Below, in pieces: positions 51,515 to 62,899 of a stretch of 64,000 nt of DNA. The first letter of the stretch is position 1; each line of letters opens with the position of its first letter. A program made the translations under genes and the position numbers. Source of the stretch: an uncultured Ignavibacteriaceae bacterium (GTDB lineage Bacteria > Bacteroidota > Ignavibacteria > Ch128b); the NCBI GenBank assembly GCA_964527925.1, contig CAZGQO010000006.1, positions 88,983-152,982 on the forward strand, written 5' to 3'. The notes under the pieces are model-generated. The model was given only the letters and a program-made list of their open reading frames with translations, did not search any database and had not been told where the DNA came from.

Positions 51515-52066
51515 ATGAAAATAAATTTGAAGAATTTTTTTTCACATCTGATTATAGTTCTTATTTTATTTCTGGAAGGATGTTCAGACCAGAGCGTAAA
51601 ACCGAAAGTTGTTCAATTAAAAACAAGAGAACTGCCTGATCAGGAATCGTGGAATTCAAAAATTGTTTTTTCCGATTCTGGAGTTGTGAAAGCAATTCTG
51701 AGAGCTCGTCACATTGCTGTTTACTCATCACGAAGCGAAACAATTCTTGATGGCGGAATAACTGTAGACTTTTATGATCAAAACGGATTTCACACAAGCG
51801 TTCTTACTTCAGACAGAGGAAGAGTTGACAATATCACACAGGATCTTTTTGCGATTGGTAATGTTATTGCTCGTTCAGACAGTGGTGTCGTTTTGAAAAC
51901 AGAGGAATTAAGATGGGTAAACTCAAGAAGAAAAATTGTAACAGACAAGTATGTTGAAATCACTTCACCTACCGAACAAATCTATGGCTATGGACTGGAA
52001 TCAGATCAATCCTTAAAAGATTATGTAATTTTTAGAGTCAGCGGAAAAATTGAAACTAAAAAATGA
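51515..52066 (+). CDS. lptC: LptC-like LPS export protein (membrane-anchored beta-jellyroll).
   Basis: N-terminal anchor. Size and position between kdsD and the lptA-like gene. Called by synteny and fold pattern only. Confidence 0.55.
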   Translation: MKINLKNFFSHLIIVLILFLEGCSDQSVKPKVVQLKTRELPDQESWNSKIVFSDSGVVKAILRARHIAVYSSRSETILDGGITVDFYDQNGFHTSVLTSDRGRVDNITQDLFAIGNVIARSDSGVVLKTEELRWVNSRRKIVTDKYVEITSPTEQIYGYGLESDQSLKDYVIFRVSGKIETKK

Positions 52067-53445
52067 AAAAAATCCTTTTTATAACTCTTATCTTAAATTC
52101 AATTTTATTTGCTCAGGAAATAAAAGTTGTTCAATTGATTAATGCAGATAGTTTAGTCGGCACTTCAATAAACAACGAACGAGTTAGAATTCTATTCGGT
52201 AATGTTCAACTGATTCACGAAGATATAAGAATCTTTTGCGATAAGGGAATTCAATATCTTGAATCGAATAAAGCCGAACTTGAAGGGAATATTAAAATCA
52301 TTCAGGGAAACCAGATACTCACAACAAACAAAGGATTTTACTACGGCAATACAAAAACCGCAGTTGGAACAAAAGGAATAACTTTGCAGGATGGAAATTT
52401 ATATCTCAAAGCAAACGAAGGTGAATATTTCTTTAATGAAAAGAAATCATTCTTCCGCGGCAATGTTCTTTTGAACGACGATACAACTCAATTGACATCA
52501 AAACAGCTTACTTATTTCACGCAACAGGAAATTGCAATTGCAATTGGAAATGTAAAAGTTCAACAGTTTGAAAATGTGATTTATGCAGATACACTTGTTT
52601 ATGATAGAATAAATAGATTCTCCAGAGCAAATGGAAATGTTATTGCATTCAATCAAAAAGATAACTTAAAGATTTACTCCGACTATCTTGAAAATGATCA
52701 AACCAGGTCTTATTCCTATGTGACAGGCAATCCTGTTTTAATTCAGATTGATACTACATCAGAAGAGAGAGTAGATACATTAATCATAGTTTCTTCAACA
52801 ATGGAAGCCTTCAGAGATACATCGGATATATTTATTGCAAAAGATTCTGTTCAAATCTGGCGTGGTGACTTTTCTGCTCTATCTCCTTATGCGATCTACA
52901 ACAAAAAAGAAGGAAAAATTTTTACTTCAACGGAAAAAGATTTTCAACCATTATTCTGGTATTCAGAAAATCTTGCGTATGGAGATTCAATTGAAATATT
53001 TACTCAAGGAAATCGAATTGAAAAAGCAAATCTTTACAACAATTCTTTCTTGATTTCTCAGGACACATTAAAACCCGAACGCTTCAATCAGATGAACGGC
53101 AATTTTATTCAATTGAGATTCGATGCTGATACAACAGTTGAGAAAAACAAATTAAAAGAAGTCTTTATCGTTGGCAACGCATTGAGTATTTATTATCTCT
53201 ACGATGAGAATGAACCAAATGGACTTAACAAATCAAGCAGTGATAGTGCCCTGATAGAAATTGAAAACAATCGAGTTTCTGTTGTAAAACTCTTTGGCAG
53301 TCCTGAAGGTGAATATCATCCCGAAGAAAAAATAATAGGAAAAGAAAAAGAGTTTTTGTTGAGCGGGTTTAAGTGGATTGAAGAAAGACCTGAGAAATAT
53401 AAATTGCTTAATAGAAGAAATTTCACCGAGGAAAATCTGAAATAA
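52063..53445 (+). CDS. lptA: LptA/OstA-N-like periplasmic LPS transport protein (extended, 460 aa).
   Basis: Signal peptide, repeated OstA-like beta-jellyroll segments, translational coupling to lptC. Confidence 0.55.
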   Translation: MKKILFITLILNSILFAQEIKVVQLINADSLVGTSINNERVRILFGNVQLIHEDIRIFCDKGIQYLESNKAELEGNIKIIQGNQILTTNKGFYYGNTKTAVGTKGITLQDGNLYLKANEGEYFFNEKKSFFRGNVLLNDDTTQLTSKQLTYFTQQEIAIAIGNVKVQQFENVIYADTLVYDRINRFSRANGNVIAFNQKDNLKIYSDYLENDQTRSYSYVTGNPVLIQIDTTSEERVDTLIIVSSTMEAFRDTSDIFIAKDSVQIWRGDFSALSPYAIYNKKEGKIFTSTEKDFQPLFWYSENLAYGDSIEIFTQGNRIEKANLYNNSFLISQDTLKPERFNQMNGNFIQLRFDADTTVEKNKLKEVFIVGNALSIYYLYDENEPNGLNKSSSDSALIEIENNRVSVVKLFGSPEGEYHPEEKIIGKEKEFLLSGFKWIEERPEKYKLLNRRNFTEENLK

Positions 53446-53500
53446 AATGAATTTTATTTTGAATCATTTTTATTTTTGAAAAATTAATCTGAGAATTTTT

Positions 53501-54235
53501 ATGGATATTTTGCGTGGAGAAAATTTAGTCAAGCGTTACAAAAAACGAAATGTTGTTAACGGAGTTACTCTTCAAGTTCAAAAAGGTGAAGTTGTTGGTT
53601 TATTAGGACCAAATGGTGCGGGCAAGACTACCACTTTCTACATGATTGTTGGAATGATCAAACCAAACGGCGGTCGAGTTTTTCTTAACGATGTCGATAT
53701 AACAAAAATGCCAATGTACAAAAGATCAAAACGTGGAATTGGATACCTGCCGCAGGAAGCTTCTGTTTTCAGAAAATTAACAGTTGAACAAAACATAATG
53801 GCTATACTTGAGTTCATGAATCTGACAAAAGAAAAAAGAAAGAAAAAATGTGAAAGTCTGCTTGAAAGTTTAGGAATAACTCACGTCAGAAAAACTTATG
53901 GATATCAATTAAGCGGTGGAGAAAGAAGAAGAACAGAAATAGCTCGTGCACTTGCAACAGATCCAAAGTTCATTCTTCTTGATGAGCCATTTGCTGGTAT
54001 TGATCCTATTGCTGTCGAAGACATTATGAAAATAGTAGCTAATCTGAAAAATCTTGGAATTGGAGTTTTAATAACCGACCACAACGTTCACGAAACACTT
54101 GCCATTGTTGATAGAGCTTATATTCTAATCAATGGTGAAATACTCCGCAGCGGTAAATCAGAAGAACTCGCAAACGATGAACTTGTCCGTAAACTTTATT
54201 TGGGCGAGAAATTCAGATTGGAAAGATATTTGTAA
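53501..54235 (+). CDS. lptB: LPS export ABC transporter ATP-binding protein.
   Basis: Walker A 'GPNGAGKTT', signature 'LSGGERRR', LptB-type C-terminal '[10 protein letters not shown]'. Confidence 0.9.
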   Translation: MDILRGENLVKRYKKRNVVNGVTLQVQKGEVVGLLGPNGAGKTTTFYMIVGMIKPNGGRVFLNDVDITKMPMYKRSKRGIGYLPQEASVFRKLTVEQNIMAILEFMNLTKEKRKKKCESLLESLGITHVRKTYGYQLSGGERRRTEIARALATDPKFILLDEPFAGIDPIAVEDIMKIVANLKNLGIGVLITDHNVHETLAIVDRAYILINGEILRSGKSEELANDELVRKLYLGEKFRLERYL

Positions 54236-54820
54236 ATAGATATTAATCCAGTTTCTCTAACACACCTCACAATTTAATTAATTATAAACCTTCAATCATT
54301 TAATCAAATCTATAATTATTTTTATCATCTTAATTACTCAATAAATATCTTTCTTATTAAGTTACTTTATGTGACATTAAACAAGCAGAGTTGGAATAAA
54401 GTAAAAATAATTTTTAGAGTTAATTCATCTTGCAAGTTAAAGTTTTCTTTCATAATAAAGATAAAAACACATTTCATAAAAATTATGCGGTTTCTACTAA
54501 AACGTGGATAATCTGTGAATTAATGTTAAGTACTTGTTAATCTAAAGAAGTTCTACACATAATTTTTTTTTCCCCAAGTAATTTCCAAATAATCCACATT
54601 AGTATGTGAATAAAAAATTTAAAATATCTATTTATTTCAGCACTAAAAATATTATCAACAAATTAACAGACCAATTACTATTTCTATTTTTTTATTTCCC
54701 CTTTTATATTATATAAAAAAGTAAATAAAGAGATTCTTTAGTTCTTTGCTCTTAGCTTTTAATATCTGTAACTTTGTAACAATAAATTTTAAGTTTAAAA
54801 ACACTAAAGAGGTATAGAAT

Positions 54821-55618
54821 ATGTTTGAGTACCCGAAGCATTTATACATGATTATTTATCCCATAAATGCACTTGTTGCTTCACAATTAAACCCAGAAGA
54901 TTTTGGAATGCATTATGCTGTTGGAAGTACAAAACATTACAGCGGTAAAGTAATTTTTGTAGAATTGGATATTAACTTTAGAGACCCATATTTTGAAATT
55001 GATAAATATCTTGAAGAAACAAAATCAGATCCAGTTACAGGAAAACCAAAAAGAACAAAGTTTATAAGTTCTTACGCAGTCCTTGAGCATGTTCCATTGA
55101 ATGTCTTGAAGAATCTTTATCTTGTTCATCCAAATGGTAAAGTACTTCCAATTGAACAAGCTGAATATACAGCTGTAAATCAACCTGGATTAATTAGAAT
55201 TTATCAAGAGATTTGCCCGCTGGAAACTCTCGTTGCTTCCACATTAGACCAGAGAGAATTTGGTAAATGGATAACAAGAGGTACCAGAGCTAAAGGCGCA
55301 CCAAAAATAGTCTTTACTCAAATTGATTTTAATATTGATAAGTTCTTTGAAAACAATAAAGGTAAAGAAATTATAACCTGTTCAATTCCAAATGTTAATC
55401 CTTATAGAGTGAGAGAGTGTATTGAAGAACTTAAAAAGCATCCAGAAAAATTAACAAAAACCATCAGTCTTGGTTCTGTTTTGAAAGATATATCATTCTC
55501 GTTAATCAGACACGGTTTCTGGTTTGTCGATGGTGATGAGATGGTATTTTATCCAATGCCTTCGATTGAAGATCTTGAAACAAAATACTTCTACTGGTGG
55601 AAATACGCAGCAAAATAA
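54821..55618 (+). CDS. Hypothetical cytoplasmic protein immediately upstream of gap.
   Basis: ORF only, with 30 bp to the gap RBS. No recognised family. Confidence 0.5.
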   Translation: MFEYPKHLYMIIYPINALVASQLNPEDFGMHYAVGSTKHYSGKVIFVELDINFRDPYFEIDKYLEETKSDPVTGKPKRTKFISSYAVLEHVPLNVLKNLYLVHPNGKVLPIEQAEYTAVNQPGLIRIYQEICPLETLVASTLDQREFGKWITRGTRAKGAPKIVFTQIDFNIDKFFENNKGKEIITCSIPNVNPYRVRECIEELKKHPEKLTKTISLGSVLKDISFSLIRHGFWFVDGDEMVFYPMPSIEDLETKYFYWWKYAAK

Positions 55619-55635
55619 TGTTTAACAATAATTAA

Positions 55636-56655
<1,020 letters not shown>

Positions 56656-56679
56656 TATTAGCATAAAAAATTTGAAATG

Positions 56680-56714
56680 AATCCCCGACTTCAGTTCGGG
56701 GATTTTTATTTTTA
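56680..56714 (+). terminator. Rho-independent terminator after gap.
   Basis: Stem atccccga / tcggggat followed by TTTTATTTTT. Confidence 0.7.
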
Positions 56715-56996
56715 AATCACTCAAACATTCCCTTCTAATCTTAAGTTTTTAATTTTACAATACTGAGATTTTTAAGAGATAATTAAAAAGCTTGCTAGAG
56801 TTTTCTTTTCTAAAATACTAATCAATATCAGATTTCTTTTACAACAGTAGTGATTGCCAATTTCTTCTGGTGACTGTCTATAAAAGATTATTCCCTGACC
56901 TGTTTTGTGTATCTCTTTAATAAATCACTATACAATACTTGAAAATCAAAAGAATAGATTGTAAGTTGGAAACTGAAAAAACAATTATAGTTTCCT

Positions 56997-57623
56997 ATGA
57001 GAAATAACAAAAAAGACGAACTAAAAGAAAAAATAATTGATGCTGCCCGCCAGAAGTTTTTTTCAGATGGATTTTTCAAAACGTCGATTGATGAAATTGC
57101 GAGGGAATTTCATATAAGTAAAAAATCAATCTATATGTATTTTAAATCAAAGGATGATCTACTAACAATCGTGGTTAAAGATTTTGCTGGCAAAGTGACA
57201 GAAGAAATAATCCAGATAATGAAAAATGATAAAAACTCTGTAGAAAAATTGATTGATGTTTTGATGTCAATTCAGAATTCAATGAGAAGTATAAGCTTGA
57301 AGTATCTCGAAGACATTCGAAAGCATAGACCAAAACTCTGGAATTACATTGAAAATTTCCGAAGAGAAAATCTTGAAAAAATTGTTCAGCAAACAATTCA
57401 GAATGGCAAAAAGGAAGGTTTATTTGAAGATGTTGATCCAGAAATTGTTTTTCGAATTTTTTATGGCGCAGTGAATAATGTACTTATACCGGATTTTCTA
57501 ATCTCTCATCCTGTCTCTAAAGATGATGCAATTCGGCAAACTTTCGATATACTATTAAACGGAATTCTAACATCAGAAGGAAAAAAGGTTTATAAAAGAT
57601 TTAGAAAGGAAAAACAAAAATGA
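56997..57623 (+). CDS. TetR-family transcriptional regulator (CecR/YbiH-like by context).
   Basis: N-terminal TetR helix-turn-helix 'GFFKTSIDEIAREFHISKKSIYMYF'. Overlaps the downstream HlyD gene start. Confidence 0.8.
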   Translation: MRNNKKDELKEKIIDAARQKFFSDGFFKTSIDEIAREFHISKKSIYMYFKSKDDLLTIVVKDFAGKVTEEIIQIMKNDKNSVEKLIDVLMSIQNSMRSISLKYLEDIRKHRPKLWNYIENFRRENLEKIVQQTIQNGKKEGLFEDVDPEIVFRIFYGAVNNVLIPDFLISHPVSKDDAIRQTFDILLNGILTSEGKKVYKRFRKEKQK

Positions 57624-58582
57624 AAAGATTAATAAAATTAATTTTCATTTTGATAGTTGCTTTTATTGGTTGTAACAGGAATGGTGAAAATATTATTGAA
57701 ACATCAAGCTCGATTGAAGCAATAAATATCGAAATCAGATCAAAAATAACTGGTGACTTAATTAAAACTTATGTAAAAGAAGGGCAGTTAGTTCACAAAG
57801 GAGATACATTATTTGAACTTGATACTAAAGAATTGTTGATTCAATTCAATCAGGCACTTGCAAATTATCAATCAGCTGAAGCAAAATATAAAACAATTTT
57901 GCAGGGAGTTAGAGAAGAAGACAAAGCACAGTTGAGAGAAATGGTAAGACAGGCACAAATTAACTATGAAAACGCAAAAAAAGATTATGAACGAATTAAG
58001 AATTTATTCGAAACGCAAAGTGTATCCCAAAAAACTTTTGATGACGCAGAACTTCGATTGAAAGTTGCAGAAACTCAATTAAAATCTGTTCAGGAAAATT
58101 TACAAAAAGCAGAAAGAGGTCCATTGAAATCAGAAATTGATGCAGTTAAAGCACAAATGGATGCAGCAAAATATCAGGTTGATCTTCTTAAGAAAAAAAT
58201 TGATGACTCAAAAATTATTGCAACTGCTGATGGATACATGTCACTAATTAATTTTAAAGAAGGTGAACTGGTTCCAGCTGGTGCACTTATAACTAAACTG
58301 ATAAACCTGGATGAAGTTTTTCTGAAAATTTACATACCCGAAGTTCAGCTTGGCAAAATTCAATATGGTCAGGAAGCGGAAATAAAAGTTGATGCTTTCC
58401 CGAAAGAGAGCTTTAAAGGAAAGATTGTCTTCATCTCAAGCGAAGCAGAGTTCACACCTAAGAACATTCAAACAAAAGATGAAAGAGTAAAACTTGTTTA
58501 CGCTGTTAAAATTAAAATCGATAACAAAGATCATCAATTGAAAGAGGGGATGCTGTGTGATGTTATTATTAGAACAGATTAA
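57620..58582 (+). CDS. HlyD-family membrane fusion protein (YbhG-like).
   Basis: Lipobox 'FIGCN', long coiled-coil and beta-barrel MFP domains. Confidence 0.8.
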   Translation: MKRLIKLIFILIVAFIGCNRNGENIIETSSSIEAINIEIRSKITGDLIKTYVKEGQLVHKGDTLFELDTKELLIQFNQALANYQSAEAKYKTILQGVREEDKAQLREMVRQAQINYENAKKDYERIKNLFETQSVSQKTFDDAELRLKVAETQLKSVQENLQKAERGPLKSEIDAVKAQMDAAKYQVDLLKKKIDDSKIIATADGYMSLINFKEGELVPAGALITKLINLDEVFLKIYIPEVQLGKIQYGQEAEIKVDAFPKESFKGKIVFISSEAEFTPKNIQTKDERVKLVYAVKIKIDNKDHQLKEGMLCDVIIRTD

Positions 58583-58588
58583 CTTTCT

Positions 58589-59518
58589 TTGATAAGAAAA
58601 AGAATGAACAACACAGTAATTGTTGAATTAAAGAACATATCTAAAAAATTTCAAAACATAACCGCATTAAACAAAATTTCTTTTGAGATTTTTAAAGGCG
58701 AATTGTTTGGATTAGTCGGACCCGATGGTTCAGGAAAAACTACATTAATGAAAATTCTGTGTGGTGTTGAAAACAACGATGAAGGTACTTTAAAAATCTT
58801 TAATCTTGATTCAGATAAATCGAGAAATGAAATAAATAAAAAGCTTGGCTATCTCTCTCAAAGGTTTTCTCTTTATGGTGATCTAACGATAAATGAGAAT
58901 ATTGAATTCTTTGCAAGAATTCACGGTGTTAAAGATTTTCAAAAACGAAAAAATGATTTACTCGAATTCACCCGACTGATAAAATTTCAAAATCGATTGG
59001 TTGATAGACTTTCGGGCGGAATGAAACAAAAAACAGCTCTTGCCTGTGCATTAATTCATTCTCCTGAAATTTTAATTCTTGATGAACCAACAAACGGAGT
59101 TGATCCAGTTTCCCGAAGAGATTTCTGGTCGATTCTTGCAGAATTACAAAAACAGGGAATCACTATAATTATTTCCACTCCATATCTTGATGAGACAGAA
59201 AGATGCAATCGAGTTGCCATGCTTTCGAAAGGTAATTTAATAGCAGTTAATTCACCAGTTCAACTCAAGAGAAGATTGCGAACGAAAGTTTATGAAGTTG
59301 TTTGTAATCCTGTCAGAAAAGCGTATCAAATTATTCAGACAAATTTTCCCGATGTTGAAGTTCAAATGTTTGGTGATAATATCAATGTTCTTATTGAATC
59401 TTCCGTTGATGATTTAATTTCTTTACTAACTGAAAATCATATTGAAATTCTGGAAGTCAAAGAAAATATTCCATCAATGGAAAATGTTTTTATTCATTTG
59501 ATTCAAAAGGAGATGTAA
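58589..59518 (+). CDS. ABC transporter ATP-binding protein (the first of two separate YbhF-like ATPase genes).
   Basis: Walker A 'GPDGSGKTT', signature 'LSGGMKQK', Walker B 'LILDEPT'. Confidence 0.85.
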   Translation: MIRKRMNNTVIVELKNISKKFQNITALNKISFEIFKGELFGLVGPDGSGKTTLMKILCGVENNDEGTLKIFNLDSDKSRNEINKKLGYLSQRFSLYGDLTINENIEFFARIHGVKDFQKRKNDLLEFTRLIKFQNRLVDRLSGGMKQKTALACALIHSPEILILDEPTNGVDPVSRRDFWSILAELQKQGITIIISTPYLDETERCNRVAMLSKGNLIAVNSPVQLKRRLRTKVYEVVCNPVRKAYQIIQTNFPDVEVQMFGDNINVLIESSVDDLISLLTENHIEILEVKENIPSMENVFIHLIQKEM

Positions 59519-59519
59519 A

Positions 59520-60833
59520 ATGTCAGCAAGGATTTTTCTTCTTTTTATCTTAAGCTCTGGTCTGATTTTTTCTCAGCAAATAAAATTAACCTACGATGAA
59601 TTGATCAATCTCACCTTAAAAAACAATCTGACAATTAAAACATATCAAGAAAAACTAAAGCAAGCTGAGTACAAAGAAAAAGAAATTTTTTATGGTATTC
59701 TGCCGCAATTAAAATTTTCTGGAAGGTATTCAAGATTGAGTAGGATTGATCCTTTTGTAATTCAATTACCTTTTGTTCCTGGAACGCCCGAAATAAAAGT
59801 CTATGAACCTCTTGAAGATAATTATTACACTCGATTGAGTTTAGATTTTCCACTTTTCACTGGTTTACGGCAAATCAATTCAATCAAAGCACAAGAAAAA
59901 TTTGTGGATGCAAGTGAGAACGAAATGAAAGCAGCTATCAAAGATATTGTTTATAAATCAAAAGAATTGTACCTGAAACTCTATTACGCAAATCAAATTC
60001 TTAAGTTAATTGAAGCCAACATTCAGTACCTGGATAATCAAAAAAGAATAGCTGAGAATTTTTATCAAAATGGATTACTTCAGAAAAATGATGTTCTAAA
60101 ACTTGATATTGCTGCAACTCAAGCACTCATTAAACTATCTGAACAAAAAAACTTGATAAACAAATTGAATCTATCACTTTGTCAGTTATTAAACTTTGAT
60201 CTGAACACAAAAATAATTCCTGAAGATAATTTAAATGATTTACAATCTCGGGTGGATAAATCAGATTATTTTGAAATTGACAGTGATCAAAAGCCAGAAA
60301 TCAATGCGCTGGAAAATGTTATCAAAGCAAATCGTTATCTTAAAAATGTTGCAATTGGTTCTTTCTTCCCGAATGTTTTTTTGAATGCTGGCTATGATTA
60401 TGCAAAGCCCAACACAAGGTATTTTCCAATTTTAAACAAGTGGAAGTATACATGGGATGTGAGTTTAATTTTTCAATTTACTCTCTGGGATTGGATGCTG
60501 CCGAAGTATCGTTTACAACAAATTGATGCACAATTAAATCAATTAGAATTTCAGCTGACTCAATCAAAAACAAAAGTTAATGCAGAACAAAAAGAAGTTT
60601 TAAACAAACTTAAGGTCGAAAAAGAAAAAATCTCACTTTACGAAAAAGAATTACAATTTGCTTCTGAAAATTTACGAATTGTTGAAAATAAGTTTAATCA
60701 GGGACTTGCCACTTCGACAGATATCCTTGAAGCCAACAAATTTAAACTTGAAGCAGAAGTTCATCTTGAAGAAACAAAAGTTAATTACATTCTGATGGTA
60801 GAAGAGCTTAAGAAATTAAATGGGCAGTATTAA
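59520..60833 (+). CDS. TolC-like outer membrane factor embedded in the ABC efflux operon.
   Basis: Signal peptide and OMF repeat architecture. Its stop overlaps the next gene's start. Confidence 0.75.
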   Translation: MSARIFLLFILSSGLIFSQQIKLTYDELINLTLKNNLTIKTYQEKLKQAEYKEKEIFYGILPQLKFSGRYSRLSRIDPFVIQLPFVPGTPEIKVYEPLEDNYYTRLSLDFPLFTGLRQINSIKAQEKFVDASENEMKAAIKDIVYKSKELYLKLYYANQILKLIEANIQYLDNQKRIAENFYQNGLLQKNDVLKLDIAATQALIKLSEQKNLINKLNLSLCQLLNFDLNTKIIPEDNLNDLQSRVDKSDYFEIDSDQKPEINALENVIKANRYLKNVAIGSFFPNVFLNAGYDYAKPNTRYFPILNKWKYTWDVSLIFQFTLWDWMLPKYRLQQIDAQLNQLEFQLTQSKTKVNAEQKEVLNKLKVEKEKISLYEKELQFASENLRIVENKFNQGLATSTDILEANKFKLEAEVHLEETKVNYILMVEELKKLNGQY

Positions 60834-61771
60834 TGAATGATTTAGTAATCTGGACAAAAGATCTCACAAAAAAATTTGGTGATTTTGTATCCGTTAATAA
60901 AGTTTCAATTGAAGTCCGTCGCGGTGAAATTTATGGTTTTATTGGATCAAATGGAGCCGGGAAAACAACAACCATCAGAATGTTATGCGGTATCCTTGAT
61001 CCAACTTCGGGCGAAGGTAGAGTTGCTGGATTTGATATCTTCACAGAACAAGAAAAAATAAAATCCAGAATAGGTTACATGTCGCAAAGATTTTCATTAT
61101 ATGGTGATTTGACTATCGATGAAAATATTGACTTTTTCTGTGGTGTTTATAAGCTGTCAAATCAAAAAAGAAAAATTGCAAAAGAAAGATCTTATAAAAT
61201 ATCTCAACTATATGAAGTGAGAAATATTTTAGCAAGAGATTTGCCTGTAGGATGGAAACAGAGACTCTCACTCGCTTGTGCACTTTTACATGAACCAGAA
61301 ATTGTTTTTCTCGATGAACCTACTGCAGGTGTTGATCCCATTTCTCGTCGTGAATTCTGGGATTTGATTTACGAGTTATCTTCTGAAGGGATAACAGTTT
61401 TTGTTACAACTCATTTCCTTGATGAGGCTGAACATTGCACTAAAATTGGATTGATTAATGCAGGAAAAATAGTTGCACAGGATTCGCCATCGAATCTTAA
61501 GAAAATTTTTGCTTATGATGTTTATGAGATAGTGACTGATGATTATATAAATTTATTTGAAGCGATGAAGAAAAAAGAACTTGGTCAGCAGGTTACAGTT
61601 TTTGGAAACTCCATTCATTTTACTTCTGAAAAGGGAATCGATCTTACGAATGAAATTTTAAAAGTCGCACGAGAATTTTCGATAAACATTCATTCTATTT
61701 CAAAAATTCATCCATCACTTGAAGATGTTTTTATTAGTTTTATTGAAGAATCTGGTATAACAGAACAATGA
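60833..61771 (+). CDS. ABC transporter ATP-binding protein (second ATPase).
   Basis: Walker A 'GSNGAGKTT', signature 'LPVGWKQR', Walker B 'VFLDEPT'. Confidence 0.85.
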   Translation: MNDLVIWTKDLTKKFGDFVSVNKVSIEVRRGEIYGFIGSNGAGKTTTIRMLCGILDPTSGEGRVAGFDIFTEQEKIKSRIGYMSQRFSLYGDLTIDENIDFFCGVYKLSNQKRKIAKERSYKISQLYEVRNILARDLPVGWKQRLSLACALLHEPEIVFLDEPTAGVDPISRREFWDLIYELSSEGITVFVTTHFLDEAEHCTKIGLINAGKIVAQDSPSNLKKIFAYDVYEIVTDDYINLFEAMKKKELGQQVTVFGNSIHFTSEKGIDLTNEILKVAREFSINIHSISKIHPSLEDVFISFIEESGITEQ

Positions 61772-61777
61772 AAAATT

Positions 61778-62899
61778 ATGAGACTTGACAGAGTTGCACC
61801 AATAATTAAAAAAGAGTTTATTCAATTTGTTCGCGATAGAAGAACACTTGCTGTATTTTTATTCGTTCCGTCTTTTATGCTAATGCTCTTTGGATATGCT
61901 CTCAATCTTGATGTAAAAAACGCTTCAATGGTTGTGTTCGATCAAAGCAAATCGTTCTATTCAAGAGAATTAATCTCAGCTTTAACTCATTACGAATATT
62001 TTAATCTTCTCGGTTATGTTGATGATTACTCAACGCTTGAAGAAATGATAAGCAGAGGAGATGTAAAATTTGGTATTGTTATTCCTGAAGATTTTGAGAA
62101 AAGGCTAACTCGATCCAACGAAGCAGAAATTCAAATTATTGTAGATGGATCGCAATCAATGATTGCAACCAATATTGTTGGTTATCTGAATTCGTACATA
62201 AATAACTTTACCATGAAATATAATTTTTCAAAAGTTTCTTTGAATTTTCCATTTGTAAATTTAGTTCCAAGAATCTGGTACAATCCTGAATTGAAAACGG
62301 CTAACTTTTTTATTCCTGGTTTGATTGCATTCATAATGATGGTAATGGCTGTAGTTGCAACTTCGCTTACAATTGTAAGAGAAAAAGAAAGAAATACAAT
62401 TGAACAGATTATTGTTTCACCAATTAAAATGCGCGAACTTGTTGCAGCAAAACTTGTTGCACCTCTGTCAATTGCACTTGTCGCTGCAACCTTAATTTTA
62501 TTGACAGGATATATTCTATTCGATGTTCAAATAAAGGGGAATGTTTTTCTTTTGTTTTGCGCCACAGTAATATTTCTTTTGACATCGCTTGCGTTCGGAG
62601 TTTTCATTTCTGTAGTTGCTGATAGTCAACAGGTTGCATTCTTTGTGTCTGTTTTATCGACAATTATTCCGACTCTTGTTTTTTCTGGATTCATTTTTCC
62701 AATTCAAAGCATGCCTGAAATTTTGCAATATGTCAGTTATATCATTCCTGCGAAATATTATTTGATCATTTTAAGAGGAATCATTCTGAAGGGAGTTGGT
62801 TTTGCTTATCTATGGGAACAGTTTGCTTATTTAATCTTCTTTCTGATTATGATGTTTCTAATTTCTTCTGTCCTCCTAAAAATTAAAGGATTGAGATGA
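61778..62899 (+). CDS. ABC-2 type permease (YbhS/YbhR-like).
   Basis: Six TM segments with a large periplasmic loop after TM1 and an ABC-2 family layout. Confidence 0.8.
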   Translation: MRLDRVAPIIKKEFIQFVRDRRTLAVFLFVPSFMLMLFGYALNLDVKNASMVVFDQSKSFYSRELISALTHYEYFNLLGYVDDYSTLEEMISRGDVKFGIVIPEDFEKRLTRSNEAEIQIIVDGSQSMIATNIVGYLNSYINNFTMKYNFSKVSLNFPFVNLVPRIWYNPELKTANFFIPGLIAFIMMVMAVVATSLTIVREKERNTIEQIIVSPIKMRELVAAKLVAPLSIALVAATLILLTGYILFDVQIKGNVFLLFCATVIFLLTSLAFGVFISVVADSQQVAFFVSVLSTIIPTLVFSGFIFPIQSMPEILQYVSYIIPAKYYLIILRGIILKGVGFAYLWEQFAYLIFFLIMMFLISSVLLKIKGLR

